Part shown: piece after piece, positions 33,135 to 42,920 of the stretch | Layout: each line of letters begins with the position of its first letter | How positions within the stretch are numbered: position 1 is the first letter of the stretch | IMG/VR virus record: IMGVR_UViG_3300045988_160113 | Coordinates: 1-64,000 of that record | Length of the DNA stretch: 64,000 bases | Strand: one strand, 5' to 3' | Source of the DNA: a virus | Made by a program: the position numbers and the translations under genes | The notes under the pieces: generated by a model | The model's database searches: none | What the model saw: only the letters and a program-made list of their open reading frames with translations | Told to the model about the DNA's origin: nothing

Positions 33135-34046
33135 ATGAGAAGTATTGATGAACTTAGACCAATAAGACATAGTGATATGGTTGGTTTTTATTTTGGTGAC
33201 TATCATACCTCTCAATTTGGACTCGTTAGAGTTAGTAGCGGAAACAGGTACACTGAGTACCTGTTTCCAACACTAAAAACCAATACAGTTGATAATAATA
33301 GTATAGATGGAAGTTTATATTTTGGTACAAATAAATCAACTCGTACTTTCCAAATTGATTTGGCTTTTGATGGTGTAACCGAAGATGATTTGAGAGATAT
33401 AAAGGAATGGCTAACTGGTGTCCATCCACTTATTTTTGATGAAAGACCTTATGTCGCTTATACCTGTACTCTTAATAGCGCGCCGCAGATAAAATTTCTA
33501 ACTTTTGATGAAGATGGAGATAGAGTTTATAAAGGTGAAATGAGCATTACTTTTATGAGTTATTTACCATATGGTTATACAATAAAGGGGAAGAAATATA
33601 TTGATGACTTCCTTGATGAAAATTTTGATGAATGGAGTAGTGCTAGTAAATTAGTTTGGAAAGATGGATTAGATGAGTTCAAAGAAGGACAAATAAATTT
33701 ATATAATGGTGGAGATGTAGAAACAGATTACACACTTACTTTCTATACAACTGCGGCAGGAAAAGCTAAAATTATGTTAGGAAGCAATTCTTATGAATTT
33801 ACTTTACCTTCTCCTACCAAAACCCATTTAGAAGTAAAAATAAATTCTAAACTACAACTTGCACAATATAGTAATGTAAAAATTGAAGGTAATAAGGTAA
33901 TAGAAAGTGATAATACTAATACTATATTAATTACTGATTCACTAATTTCCTGTATTCCTACTGGAAAATCTATACTTACATATGAGATAGATAGTTTAGA
34001 TATTAATGCTCCAAATAGTATTGAATATAGATATCGGTTCTTGTAA
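33135..34046 (+). CDS. distal tail protein (Dit) candidate
   Basis: ORF directly after the tape measure gene. The second ATG (33135) has better spacing from AAGGAGA than 33129 does. Confidence 0.55.
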   Translation: MRSIDELRPIRHSDMVGFYFGDYHTSQFGLVRVSSGNRYTEYLFPTLKTNTVDNNSIDGSLYFGTNKSTRTFQIDLAFDGVTEDDLRDIKEWLTGVHPLIFDERPYVAYTCTLNSAPQIKFLTFDEDGDRVYKGEMSITFMSYLPYGYTIKGKKYIDDFLDENFDEWSSASKLVWKDGLDEFKEGQINLYNGGDVETDYTLTFYTTAAGKAKIMLGSNSYEFTLPSPTKTHLEVKINSKLQLAQYSNVKIEGNKVIESDNTNTILITDSLISCIPTGKSILTYEIDSLDINAPNSIEYRYRFL

Positions 34047-34060
34047 AAGGAGTTGATAGA

Positions 34061-37000
34061 ATGAGTGAAGTGATAAAGGAGAAATATGAAATTTCTGTCT
34101 GGCGCGATATATATGAATTGCGCGAAGGACAGACTGAACCAACATGGCATGAAGATAAAATTGCTATTATTGGTAGTGACACAAGAAATGACGCTGCGCG
34201 TGCATTTAATCCTAAGTTAACTTTAGATGTCTATGGACAAGAAAGTTTTGATTTTGATATTTATAGTCGATATTATAATGAAGATGGTATACTAGAAGAA
34301 AATCCCTATTTAGGCTTGCTTTCTAATGAAGTAAAAATAAAGCTTTATTATCGTGAAAAATGGCATGATTTTATTATAAAGAATGCTGAAGAAAGCCATT
34401 CTAATAATTTGGTTATAAAATATAGTTGCCAATCTTTAGCTATATATGAACTTGGTAAAAGTGGTTATGACCTATCTTTTACTGAAGAAAATGAAACCAA
34501 TATCTTTTCTGCTACTGAATTTATGAATAGAACTCTTGAAGGAACTGATTGGACTTTTGATAGAGGTACTGCTAATTTACTTGAAGAGACTTTAGAACCT
34601 GCCTGCCAAGCATCAATTGCTTCTGGAAGTATAACTGGTAGTATTATTGATTATGAATTAGTTAATGGAAAGTATGTTGAGAAACTTATCCCAAATCAGA
34701 CCTTCTCTGCGGATGGTGTGTTTTTGTTTCCTTATAGTGAAACTCAGAAAAATACTGGTCTCGCACGAGGAACTTATGTTACTGATGGGAAGAATATTGA
34801 ATTTGATACTTGGACTTATAAAGTAACTAATGGTGTTAGATGTGAAGTTGAAGCAAAATGGGCATATAATGCTGGAGTTACTAAATATAAAGTTGGTAAA
34901 GTAGTTGGTAATGCTACTCAAGTCTATAATAAATATTTGAAAAGATATGTTTATGTATATGAAAATGCTAATGGTGATAAGTATTATGGTTATGATACTT
35001 ATACTAGTGCACCATATGCATTTGTATATAGAGTAACTGAAAATTCTGTTGGCGTAGTTTTGATGAATGTTCCTGCTAAGGCCGCAGTATTTGATTTTTT
35101 GCTTGATGGAAGAGTAGTTGGTACGCCAAAAGACCACACCAGTGCTTATGAATTTGAAGTATCTGATAATGCACAACATACTTTTAGTATTCAACCATTT
35201 GATAGCAATAATAAACCTTTAGATGAAAAAGGAAATGTAGTTGAATCCGGTGGAGTAAAATATAGTGTTCATGGTTCTGCGGGTGGAACAAATTGGACTA
35301 TTTATGTAAATGATTTGTCTGAACTTGAAGCGTTAGAAAAGTATAATTTTACTACAGTTTATTTCAAAGAAAATGATGAAACTAATATTACTACTTCTCT
35401 TCCTGATGGATATGAACAAGTAAATACTTATGAAAAATATCGTACCATGGAAGTAGAAAATTCAAATAGATTCAATATTACTCAAAGTATTGCTGAAACT
35501 TTTGAAGTTTGGTGCAGGTATATAGTTGAGCATGATAAAACTGGTCATATTATTAGTAAAAAAGTAACTTTGGCAGATGAATTTGGTCAAGACAATGTAG
35601 TTGGTTTTAGATATGGTATTAATTTAACTAAGGTAAATAGAACAGTAACAAGTGAAGAATTGGTTACCAAACTTTATGTTGAAGAGTTAGAAAACTCTGC
35701 CGCCACTGATGGTTGGTGTTCTATTACTACTGCTGTATTGAACCCAAGTAGAGAGAATTTTTTGCTTGATTTTACTTATTTTATAGATAATGGTATGATA
35801 AGTGAAGAAACTTTACAAAAGGAAATTTTTGGTTCTACTGGATATTATAGTGTATTGAGAAATTTGAATAATCAATATGAGACTTTGATAAATACTAAAT
35901 TTGGCTATGGTGATAATAGTTTAGTAAATAGAAAATTGACTCTTATATCCGAAATTCAATTAGAACAGTCAAAACTATATGCAGCGCAGGAAACTTTAAA
36001 TGAAATGGACGCAAAAGGAGAAACAGGTAACCAAGAAAAATATTTAAACATTATTTCTACTACACAAGCAAATATTGAATTGAAAGAAAAAGAGTTAGTG
36101 AGTGTAAATAATTCTTTAGAGAAATATGAAAAAGATTTACAAGATATTTTGAAAAAGAAAAAACTTGCTAATGAAAATTTTTATAAGAAATTCTCTCGTT
36201 TTATTCAAGAGGGGACTTGGACTGGCGAGAATTATATAGATGCTAATGTTTATTTCTTTGATGCTCAAAAAGTTATTGCGCGTGGAGCACAACCTAAAGT
36301 GAACTATAGTTTAGATGTAATTGATGTAAGTTCTTTAGTTGACAATGAAACTGGTTGGAGTTATTCTCCTTATGCTTTCAAAGTTGGTGATATTTCAAGC
36401 ATTATTGATACTCAGTATTTTGGTTATATAGATAAAGCTAAAACAAAACCAAAAAAAGAAAAAGTAGTTGTTTCTGAAGTTACTTATATGTTAGATAATC
36501 CTGAAAAGAATTCATTACAAATTCAGAATTATTCAACTCAATTTCAAGATTTATTCCAAAGATTGAATGCTTCAGTTCAGTCTTTAGAGTTGAATAAGAA
36601 CACTTATGCTAAATCTGAAAATTTTACTGGCAAAGGCGCGCTAACTTTAGAATCTTTACAAGAGAGTTTTGATAAAAATAAGCAACTAGCATTCTCTAAT
36701 GTAGATTCAAAAATTACATATGACAACACTGGTATTACATTGTCAACTAATGGAATTGATGATAAAACCGGTGAGACTATAGAAAATAAATATCAGGTCA
36801 AACTTGTTGGCGGTGGCATCATACTTTCAAATGACGGTGGACAAACTTGGAAAACTGGTATTTATGGTGGAGAAATAAATACGGCTCTTCTGCGCGCAGG
36901 ACAAATTGACGCAGAACTGATAAATATAATGATGGGCACTGTTCCTACATTTAAGTGGGATAAAGATGGTCTAGTTGCCTATGGACAGACGACTGATAAA

Positions 37001-37981
37001 GAAGGAAAAACTGTTGTTGTAAAAACCGGACAAAGGGTTGTGTTTGATGGTAAAGGTATTAGAGGGTATTATGAAAAAGGGGAAAATGATACTTATAATA
37101 CACCTAATTTTTCACTTACACATGATGGATTGACAATAGATAATCCTTATGATCATACTATGGATAGAGTTCCTGTTATTTCTGTAAATGGTAAAGCTAA
37201 TCCAGATAATGAAGGACATTCACATAAATTTATTGTTTATAACGATGGTTCTCTTGAAGCATATAATGGCACTTTTACTGGTACGATAAATGGTGTTGAT
37301 GGTATTTTTAGTGGAACTGTTACTGCGGCAGAGTTTAAAGGAATGAATCGTGGTAAATTGATTGGCCCAGAATTGATGGTTGGCTTAAAGAGTGGCGCTT
37401 CGAGTGTGTCTGAAAATGGAGAAGATTATAATTTCTGGGTTGATAGTAATGGTAATGTAAAAATTACTGGCGGTAGTATTTCTTTTAAGGCTTTTGATGA
37501 TGATGCTAAAAACACTATAAATGGTAAAGTGGATAATACTACTTTTGAGACTGCTATAGATAATATAAATACTACTATAAATGGTTTACCACGAATACCT
37601 GATTATATTAAAGAAACTTATATTGATGCTACTAAAATTGAATCTCCAACTATTATTGGTAATAATATTAAAGTTCATGGTAGTTTCCAAACTTTAGCTA
37701 CTACAGAAGAATTTTCAATTGCTACCGGTTATATGGGATATGCCCAAGGTTCTATGTCTGATGCTAATGGTAATGTAACTCTTACACAGGGTGTAGGTAT
37801 TAGTACAAGTAGTGGCACGATTACAGATACTACCACTTTTCCCTATGTTATTGTAACTACCGCAGGCGCGCGAATGAGTGCCGGTGGTGGAGGGCTGCTT
37901 GTATCAAATGGGTATGCTTACTTCAAAGAGAATAATGGAAATTGGCAGAGGATTGGTAGCGGAAAGGCGGTGTTTGGATAA
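34061..37981 (+). CDS. tail-associated protein (Tal) / baseplate hub with a long fibre extension
   Basis: 1306 aa, positioned after Dit. Typical of the large minor structural proteins of Gram-positive siphophages. Confidence 0.6.
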   Translation: MSEVIKEKYEISVWRDIYELREGQTEPTWHEDKIAIIGSDTRNDAARAFNPKLTLDVYGQESFDFDIYSRYYNEDGILEENPYLGLLSNEVKIKLYYREKWHDFIIKNAEESHSNNLVIKYSCQSLAIYELGKSGYDLSFTEENETNIFSATEFMNRTLEGTDWTFDRGTANLLEETLEPACQASIASGSITGSIIDYELVNGKYVEKLIPNQTFSADGVFLFPYSETQKNTGLARGTYVTDGKNIEFDTWTYKVTNGVRCEVEAKWAYNAGVTKYKVGKVVGNATQVYNKYLKRYVYVYENANGDKYYGYDTYTSAPYAFVYRVTENSVGVVLMNVPAKAAVFDFLLDGRVVGTPKDHTSAYEFEVSDNAQHTFSIQPFDSNNKPLDEKGNVVESGGVKYSVHGSAGGTNWTIYVNDLSELEALEKYNFTTVYFKENDETNITTSLPDGYEQVNTYEKYRTMEVENSNRFNITQSIAETFEVWCRYIVEHDKTGHIISKKVTLADEFGQDNVVGFRYGINLTKVNRTVTSEELVTKLYVEELENSAATDGWCSITTAVLNPSRENFLLDFTYFIDNGMISEETLQKEIFGSTGYYSVLRNLNNQYETLINTKFGYGDNSLVNRKLTLISEIQLEQSKLYAAQETLNEMDAKGETGNQEKYLNIISTTQANIELKEKELVSVNNSLEKYEKDLQDILKKKKLANENFYKKFSRFIQEGTWTGENYIDANVYFFDAQKVIARGAQPKVNYSLDVIDVSSLVDNETGWSYSPYAFKVGDISSIIDTQYFGYIDKAKTKPKKEKVVVSEVTYMLDNPEKNSLQIQNYSTQFQDLFQRLNASVQSLELNKNTYAKSENFTGKGALTLESLQESFDKNKQLAFSNVDSKITYDNTGITLSTNGIDDKTGETIENKYQVKLVGGGIILSNDGGQTWKTGIYGGEINTALLRAGQIDAELINIMMGTVPTFKWDKDGLVAYGQTTDKEGKTVVVKTGQRVVFDGKGIRGYYEKGENDTYNTPNFSLTHDGLTIDNPYDHTMDRVPVISVNGKANPDNEGHSHKFIVYNDGSLEAYNGTFTGTINGVDGIFSGTVTAAEFKGMNRGKLIGPELMVGLKSGASSVSENGEDYNFWVDSNGNVKITGGSISFKAFDDDAKNTINGKVDNTTFETAIDNINTTINGLPRIPDYIKETYIDATKIESPTIIGNNIKVHGSFQTLATTEEFSIATGYMGYAQGSMSDANGNVTLTQGVGISTSSGTITDTTTFPYVIVTTAGARMSAGGGGLLVSNGYAYFKENNGNWQRIGSGKAVFG

Positions 37982-40350
37982 TGGCTGTTTCTTTTTCAAT
38001 TAGTAATATTACCTCATCATCCTTTAGAGTTAATATTGATGGTACGAATTCATCAACGTACCGATATATTCGAATCTTTGCTAAAGAAACATTATCTGGA
38101 CAAACGGTCCATGATAATAAATGGATCGATAGTCGAGGGTCAAATCTTTCAGATAACATCACTGGTTTATCTGCGAATACATCCTATACCGTAAATGTTT
38201 CATATAATTCTACTAATAGCGCGACTGGATCGACGTGGGTTGGGGGGCAAACAGTTACAACTGGTAGTAGTGGCGGCGGGGGAGGAAGCGAAACAGTAAC
38301 TTATTGGTATTATTTTCGATATCAATTAAGTGATGGAACTTATATATCTTCTTCTGCTCCTTTTTCTAAATCTACTAGTGCTGGACGTATTGTTATACCT
38401 GTTTCTGAGTCTAGCGCACCGAGTGGATATAGTAAAAGTGGTATATATGGAGTTTATAGTGGCGACGCTTCTTATAATTCAAGTGATAGAAAATGGACTG
38501 TTTATGATACAGGTTATCCTGGTGCAGCATTGTCTGTAACTTGTTATGAGACTTCTGTTACTTATTATTATTATTTTCGTTATGAACTTAGTGACGGTAC
38601 TTATATACGTTCTTCTGCCCAATTTTCAAAAACGAGCGGAGCTGGCAGAATTAAAGTCCCCCATTCTGAGGCTTCCGCACCTACTGGTTATAAAATTACT
38701 GGTAAGTATGGAGTATTTAATAATTCTGGAGCTATTTATAATAGTAGTACAGGTAGGTGGACAGTTAGCACTACTTCCGCTCCTGGGGCAGGTTTGATAG
38801 TTTATTGTAGACCAATAACTTATACAGCAAATATTATTTATTATGCCAATGGAGCCGGAGGAAATTCCTCTCATACTCAAACGGTATCTGGGACATCAGC
38901 TACACTTTCTTTTACGGCATTAGTTCCACTAAAATGTGGTTTTACTGCCCCAACAGGAAAAACTTTTGGTGGATGGGGAATTTCTTCAAGCTCTATAAGT
39001 GCCTCTTATAATGCTGGTACTTCATATAATATAAATGCTAATAGTTATTTAAAATTATATGCTATTTGGGGATATACTTATGAAGCAAAATGGTATGATT
39101 TGAAAGCTCAAAGTACTCCTATTCGTTCAGATAGCTATAAGACTGCTAGATCTACTTGGTCTTTTACTGCTCCTTCTCGTTCTATGACAGGTTATGATTT
39201 TGTAGGATGGTATGATGGCTATAGCGGGAATAATGGTACAGGAACCTTATTGGTAAGCGCTGGTGAAGATATAAATTTACCCTATAAAAACTCTCGTTCT
39301 TGGTATTTATATGCGCGATGGTTAGTTCATACTTATATTATTTCTTTCTATGCCAATGGCGGTTTTGGCACAATGAATTCAATAACTAATTGTACATATG
39401 GAACCAGCTATACTCTTCCTAAAAATCAATTTACTCGTAATTATACAATAACTCTTGACTATAATTACGACAATAAAAAAGTTACTAAAAATGCTGAATG
39501 CCCGTTCTTATATTGGTCTTATAATAATAAAACTTATAAAGACCAAGCCACAGTAAAAAATTTAGCGGATAGTGGTACTGCTACACTTTATGCTCAATGG
39601 GGCAATTATAGTGTAGAACTTCCAACTTTGATTCGTTCTGGGTATGTATTCCTTGGTTGGTTTACTTCTGCAACTGGTGGTTCACAGGTAAATTCGCCTA
39701 TTACTGGAATGTCAGATAGAACTTTTTACGCCCATTGGAAAGAAGACGTAATTTCTCCTATAATTAGCAATGTATCTCATACAGATACAACTATTACAAT
39801 TTCCCTAAATCGTAATAATGCTACTACTGGTTCTTGGATTATCGAAGCATCTCTTTCTAATTTTGGCACAGTTGTATATACTAAAACAATTACAAGCACT
39901 ACTCAAACCACAATAACCTTAACCGACCTTACGCCAGAAACAACTTACTATATTCGCGCGCGGCACGTAAATGGTGGTATCTCAGCAAGTTCAAATGTTA
40001 TCTCTGCTACAACACGAACTTCAACTTTCCAGTGGACTTCTAATGATAGTGTTTATGTTATTAAAAGTGCAGTATTCACAGATGCCATTACTGCGGCAAA
40101 ATGGAATGAACTAATCAAAAAAGTAAATTGGTGTCGTGGAAGAAAAGGTTGGCCAACTGCTTCTTTGAATAGTGCTGTTTCAGGACAACCAATATTAGCT
40201 ACTAATTTTACTGCTATGCGAAATGCTATTGCAGATATGCATCCAGTTACTCCTGCGCGCAGCGCGGGTGATGAAATTTTAGCAACTTATTTTGCAAATT
40301 CAGATACAAGTCTAAAATCAGCAATAAATGCTGTTATTACTACTTTATGA
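37981..40350 (+). CDS. receptor-binding / tail fibre protein with FN3 domains, a tandem 87-aa repeat and Listeria-Bacteroides (InlB B-repeat-like) domains
   Basis: 789 aa. FN3-like N- and C-terminal segments. Repeat (Y)YYFRY(Q/E)LSDGTYI at about 38297-38557 and 38558-38818. Several GY.F.GW motifs. Confidence 0.6.
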   Translation: MAVSFSISNITSSSFRVNIDGTNSSTYRYIRIFAKETLSGQTVHDNKWIDSRGSNLSDNITGLSANTSYTVNVSYNSTNSATGSTWVGGQTVTTGSSGGGGGSETVTYWYYFRYQLSDGTYISSSAPFSKSTSAGRIVIPVSESSAPSGYSKSGIYGVYSGDASYNSSDRKWTVYDTGYPGAALSVTCYETSVTYYYYFRYELSDGTYIRSSAQFSKTSGAGRIKVPHSEASAPTGYKITGKYGVFNNSGAIYNSSTGRWTVSTTSAPGAGLIVYCRPITYTANIIYYANGAGGNSSHTQTVSGTSATLSFTALVPLKCGFTAPTGKTFGGWGISSSSISASYNAGTSYNINANSYLKLYAIWGYTYEAKWYDLKAQSTPIRSDSYKTARSTWSFTAPSRSMTGYDFVGWYDGYSGNNGTGTLLVSAGEDINLPYKNSRSWYLYARWLVHTYIISFYANGGFGTMNSITNCTYGTSYTLPKNQFTRNYTITLDYNYDNKKVTKNAECPFLYWSYNNKTYKDQATVKNLADSGTATLYAQWGNYSVELPTLIRSGYVFLGWFTSATGGSQVNSPITGMSDRTFYAHWKEDVISPIISNVSHTDTTITISLNRNNATTGSWIIEASLSNFGTVVYTKTITSTTQTTITLTDLTPETTYYIRARHVNGGISASSNVISATTRTSTFQWTSNDSVYVIKSAVFTDAITAAKWNELIKKVNWCRGRKGWPTASLNSAVSGQPILATNFTAMRNAIADMHPVTPARSAGDEILATYFANSDTSLKSAINAVITTL

Positions 40351-40361
40351 GGTGAATAAAA

Positions 40362-40673
40362 ATGGCAAAAGAAACTTATGCTACCATTTATTTTGATAAG
40401 GATATGACTACAGAAAAAAGTTTTGGATTTGATTCTTTCAATGAAAATCTTCTTGGAAATACCATGTCTATTTCAATTAGATATAGTGAAGATGAAAGAA
40501 GTGGTATCCCTGACTTTTCAGAATTCAAAAATTTAGCATTTTCAAAAATTGATATTCTTGATAGAGAAAATAATAAGATTCCTTATTTTGGTTCTTATAC
40601 TCATATTGATGATATCAATATCAATTATTATGGCCCAGATAATGTTTATAGTGTAAATATGTCTTTGGTGTAA
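40362..40673 (+). CDS. hypothetical protein (103 aa)
   Basis: ORF with RBS GAGGTGA. Confidence 0.5.
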   Translation: MAKETYATIYFDKDMTTEKSFGFDSFNENLLGNTMSISIRYSEDERSGIPDFSEFKNLAFSKIDILDRENNKIPYFGSYTHIDDININYYGPDNVYSVNMSLV

Positions 40674-40695
40674 TTATAAAAGGAGTGAAAGGAGT

Positions 40696-41055
40696 ATGAC
40701 AATAAAAGAAATCAATAAAGTAAGTAACTTTTTGACTAAATATCTTGATAAAGAACTCCCCGCGCGCTTGTCATTTTCTATTGCTAAATTTTGTTTGAGT
40801 GCAGAAGATAATCAAAAATTATTTGCTGAAAAGAATTTACTTTTAGCCAAAAAATATGGAGAACAAAATGAAGATGGGAATTATATCATTCCACAAGATA
40901 AAATTCCCGAATTTACAAAAGAATACAATGACCTTGAGAATATTGATATTCCAGAAGTAAGTCTTTCTCTTAGCTTTGAAGATTTAGAGAAGTTAGAGCT
41001 TACTCCGCGTGAATTTGCTATTCTTATGCCATATATTATAGGAGCAGTAGACTAA
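40696..41055 (+). CDS. hypothetical protein (119 aa)
   Basis: ORF with RBS AAAGGAG. Its stop codon lies in the loop of the following terminator. Confidence 0.5.
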   Translation: MTIKEINKVSNFLTKYLDKELPARLSFSIAKFCLSAEDNQKLFAEKNLLLAKKYGEQNEDGNYIIPQDKIPEFTKEYNDLENIDIPEVSLSLSFEDLEKLELTPREFAILMPYIIGAVD

Positions 41056-41078
41056 AGTCTACTGCTCTTTATATTTTC
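41042..41078 (+). terminator. rho-independent terminator with the stop codon in its loop
   Basis: GAGCAGTAGAC-TAAA-GTCTACTGCTC followed by TTTATATTTT. The TAA stop is at 41053-41055. Confidence 0.7.
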
Positions 41079-41196
41079 TATACATGAATAAAAAATTCAT
41101 AAATAAAATTCAAAGTTGGACGTAAACTCAAGTTTTTATCATAGTTTGTGAATAAAAATTCCTCTTATATATAGAAGGGAAAAAGGAGGTAATAAA

Positions 41197-41592
41197 ATGG
41201 GACCACAAAATATTACATACCCTGGTGCTCCTAAACCGATGAATCAAGGAGCCTTTCAACCACAGCAATATTTCCCTATGCCGCAAGGTAATGTTTATAC
41301 TATTGAACAACCTGAAGAAGTGAATAGTGTGCCTTGTGGAACTGGTGTTTCAGTAGCACTTTGTTTGAATAAAGGATTGATGTATATAAAATCAATTCAA
41401 GGTGGCTCTCCACTATTTTGGGTTTATAAAATTAGTCCGGCAATGGAAACACCACCAACCCCGCCAATTGAGAAAAAGGAAATTCAAGCGGATCGAGTCG
41501 CAAGGCTTGAAGAGAAAATTGACAAGCTCTTAAAGGAGGTAAATTCGAATGGCGAATCAAAGTCCCAACCTACTAAATTGGTTATTGACTAA
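41197..41592 (+). CDS. hypothetical protein (131 aa, P/Q-rich N-terminus)
   Basis: ORF with RBS AAAAGGAGG. Confidence 0.5.
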   Translation: MGPQNITYPGAPKPMNQGAFQPQQYFPMPQGNVYTIEQPEEVNSVPCGTGVSVALCLNKGLMYIKSIQGGSPLFWVYKISPAMETPPTPPIEKKEIQADRVARLEEKIDKLLKEVNSNGESKSQPTKLVID

Positions 41593-41776
41593 TGGTACTA
41601 TGTCAAATATGAATGTACCAACAGCTCAGCAGCCAATAAATCACGCACAATTTCAGCAATTTATACCAAAAATTACTGACGAAAATCTAAAACAGTTGGT
41701 AAACCAAGCCCGCCAGCAAGGTATTAGTGAAGAACAAATAAAACAGGGTTTGGAATTTGTGATGAATATGAGATAG
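41549..41776 (+). CDS. hypothetical protein (75 aa)
   Basis: ORF with its own strong RBS AAGGAGG. Overlaps the upstream ORF by 44 nt in another frame. Confidence 0.45.
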   Translation: MANQSPNLLNWLLTNGTMSNMNVPTAQQPINHAQFQQFIPKITDENLKQLVNQARQQGISEEQIKQGLEFVMNMR

Positions 41777-41843
41777 CAATAATTCTCCGGCGCGCAGAGA
41801 AAAGTTGATTATCTTATAATATATTTTTTGGAGGAAAGAGAAA

Positions 41844-41921
41844 ATGGATGGTAATATGTCTCCCGCCGATATTATGGCACTAACTAATGGTAATGAAAAT
41901 AACGCTATGTGGTCAAATCCT
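41844..41921 (+). CDS. exon 1 of an intron-split gene (MDGNMSPADIMALTNGNENNAMWSNP...)
   Basis: Strong RBS GGAGGAAAGAG. The ORF stops exactly where the intron-like sequence begins. The exon end is uncertain by 1-2 nt. Confidence 0.45.
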
Positions 41922-41948
41922 TGACAAATGTATTATTTTTGTATAATT
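41921..41948 (+). promoter_or_regulatory. promoter candidate for the intron ORF
   Basis: TTGACA (41921-41926), a spacer of 15-16 nt, then TGTATAATT at 41940-41948. Confidence 0.35.
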
Positions 41949-42920
41949 TAGTCCACACTTCTCTACTTATAGGTAGAGGTGATGAGGATGACAGGAATTT
42001 ATAAAATAACTTGCACTGTCACAAATGAGTGTTATATCGGGCAAAGTACTTCTATTTCAAGAAGATGGTGTACTCATAAAAGAGAATTAAGACAGGGAGT
42101 ACATTATAATAAACACTTACAAAGAGCATATGACTTATATGGAAAAGAAAATTTTACTTATGAAATTTTAGAATTATGCTCAAAAGATAAGTTGAATGAA
42201 CGAGAAAAATTTTATATAAAATTATTTGATAGTCATAATAATGGTTTTAATCAAGATGATGGCGGATGCGATATAAATGGAGAAAAAAATCCTATGTATG
42301 GTGTTAAAGGAAAAGATGCTCCACGCTTTATTGATTATATTTTGCAAATTGATAAACAAGGTAATATAGTTGGTAAACATGAAAGTTCTATCGCGGCCGC
42401 GCAAGCAGTCAATGGAAGTTCAAGCCATATACTTTGTTGTATAAAGACTTGGAAAGGTGAAAGTAACCATCAGAATGGTTATGAAGTACACCGTTATTAT
42501 CATAAAGATTATCAATGGATTTATGAAAAAGATTATAATCTATTAAAAGATTATTGGGATTTTTCTACTGTTCGTTCAAAATATAAACCGTTTATAACTA
42601 CTCAAAATTATATAGAATATACAAAGGGACTCTAAGTAGCGATACTTAGATGGTATCTTGTGAACTGCTGGGAATTCCATTATGGACAATCAGCAGCCAA
42701 GCCGCGAAAGCGGAAGGTTCAACGACTATCCTGATGCTATATAACCACGTTAAATAAATATATAGCTAAGCCGTGAGATACGGCAATAGGAGTACGGCCC
42801 AAGAGGGTGGGTGAAATTCCCTTAAATGGAAGCGCAAGACAACTCTCGTAGTTGGAGATATAGTCTGTTCTTTATAGTAATATAAAGAGAATAACGGAAT
42901 CGGTTATTCGTAACGTAAAG
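41922..42920 (+). mobile_element. group I intron carrying a GIY-YIG homing endonuclease ORF (boundaries approximate)
   Basis: The ORF at 41979-42635 is followed by about 290 nt of GC-richer, helix-rich sequence (for example CAGCAGCCAAGCCGCGAAAGCGGAAGG). The downstream ORF lacks an RBS but stays open in frame upstream of its ATG. Confidence 0.6.
41979..42635 (+). CDS. GIY-YIG homing endonuclease (intron-encoded)
   Basis: GIYKITC...YIGQS...R...H...N...E motif series at the N-terminus. 218 aa. Confidence 0.75.
   Translation: MMRMTGIYKITCTVTNECYIGQSTSISRRWCTHKRELRQGVHYNKHLQRAYDLYGKENFTYEILELCSKDKLNEREKFYIKLFDSHNNGFNQDDGGCDINGEKNPMYGVKGKDAPRFIDYILQIDKQGNIVGKHESSIAAAQAVNGSSSHILCCIKTWKGESNHQNGYEVHRYYHKDYQWIYEKDYNLLKDYWDFSTVRSKYKPFITTQNYIEYTKGL

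Noticed and set aside
15340-38880. Minus-strand ORFs inside the structural block (15340-15684, 18186-18425, 21606-22076, 25373-25796, 26907-27356, 31210-32051, 32581-33117, 33791-34150, 34658-35194, 38626-38880) and same-strand out-of-frame ORFs (21208-22143, 38330-38797)
   Set aside because: They are embedded in much longer, better-supported plus-strand genes. They have no RBS, and their translations have an I/F/L/S/N-rich composition typical of antisense or off-frame AT-rich DNA.
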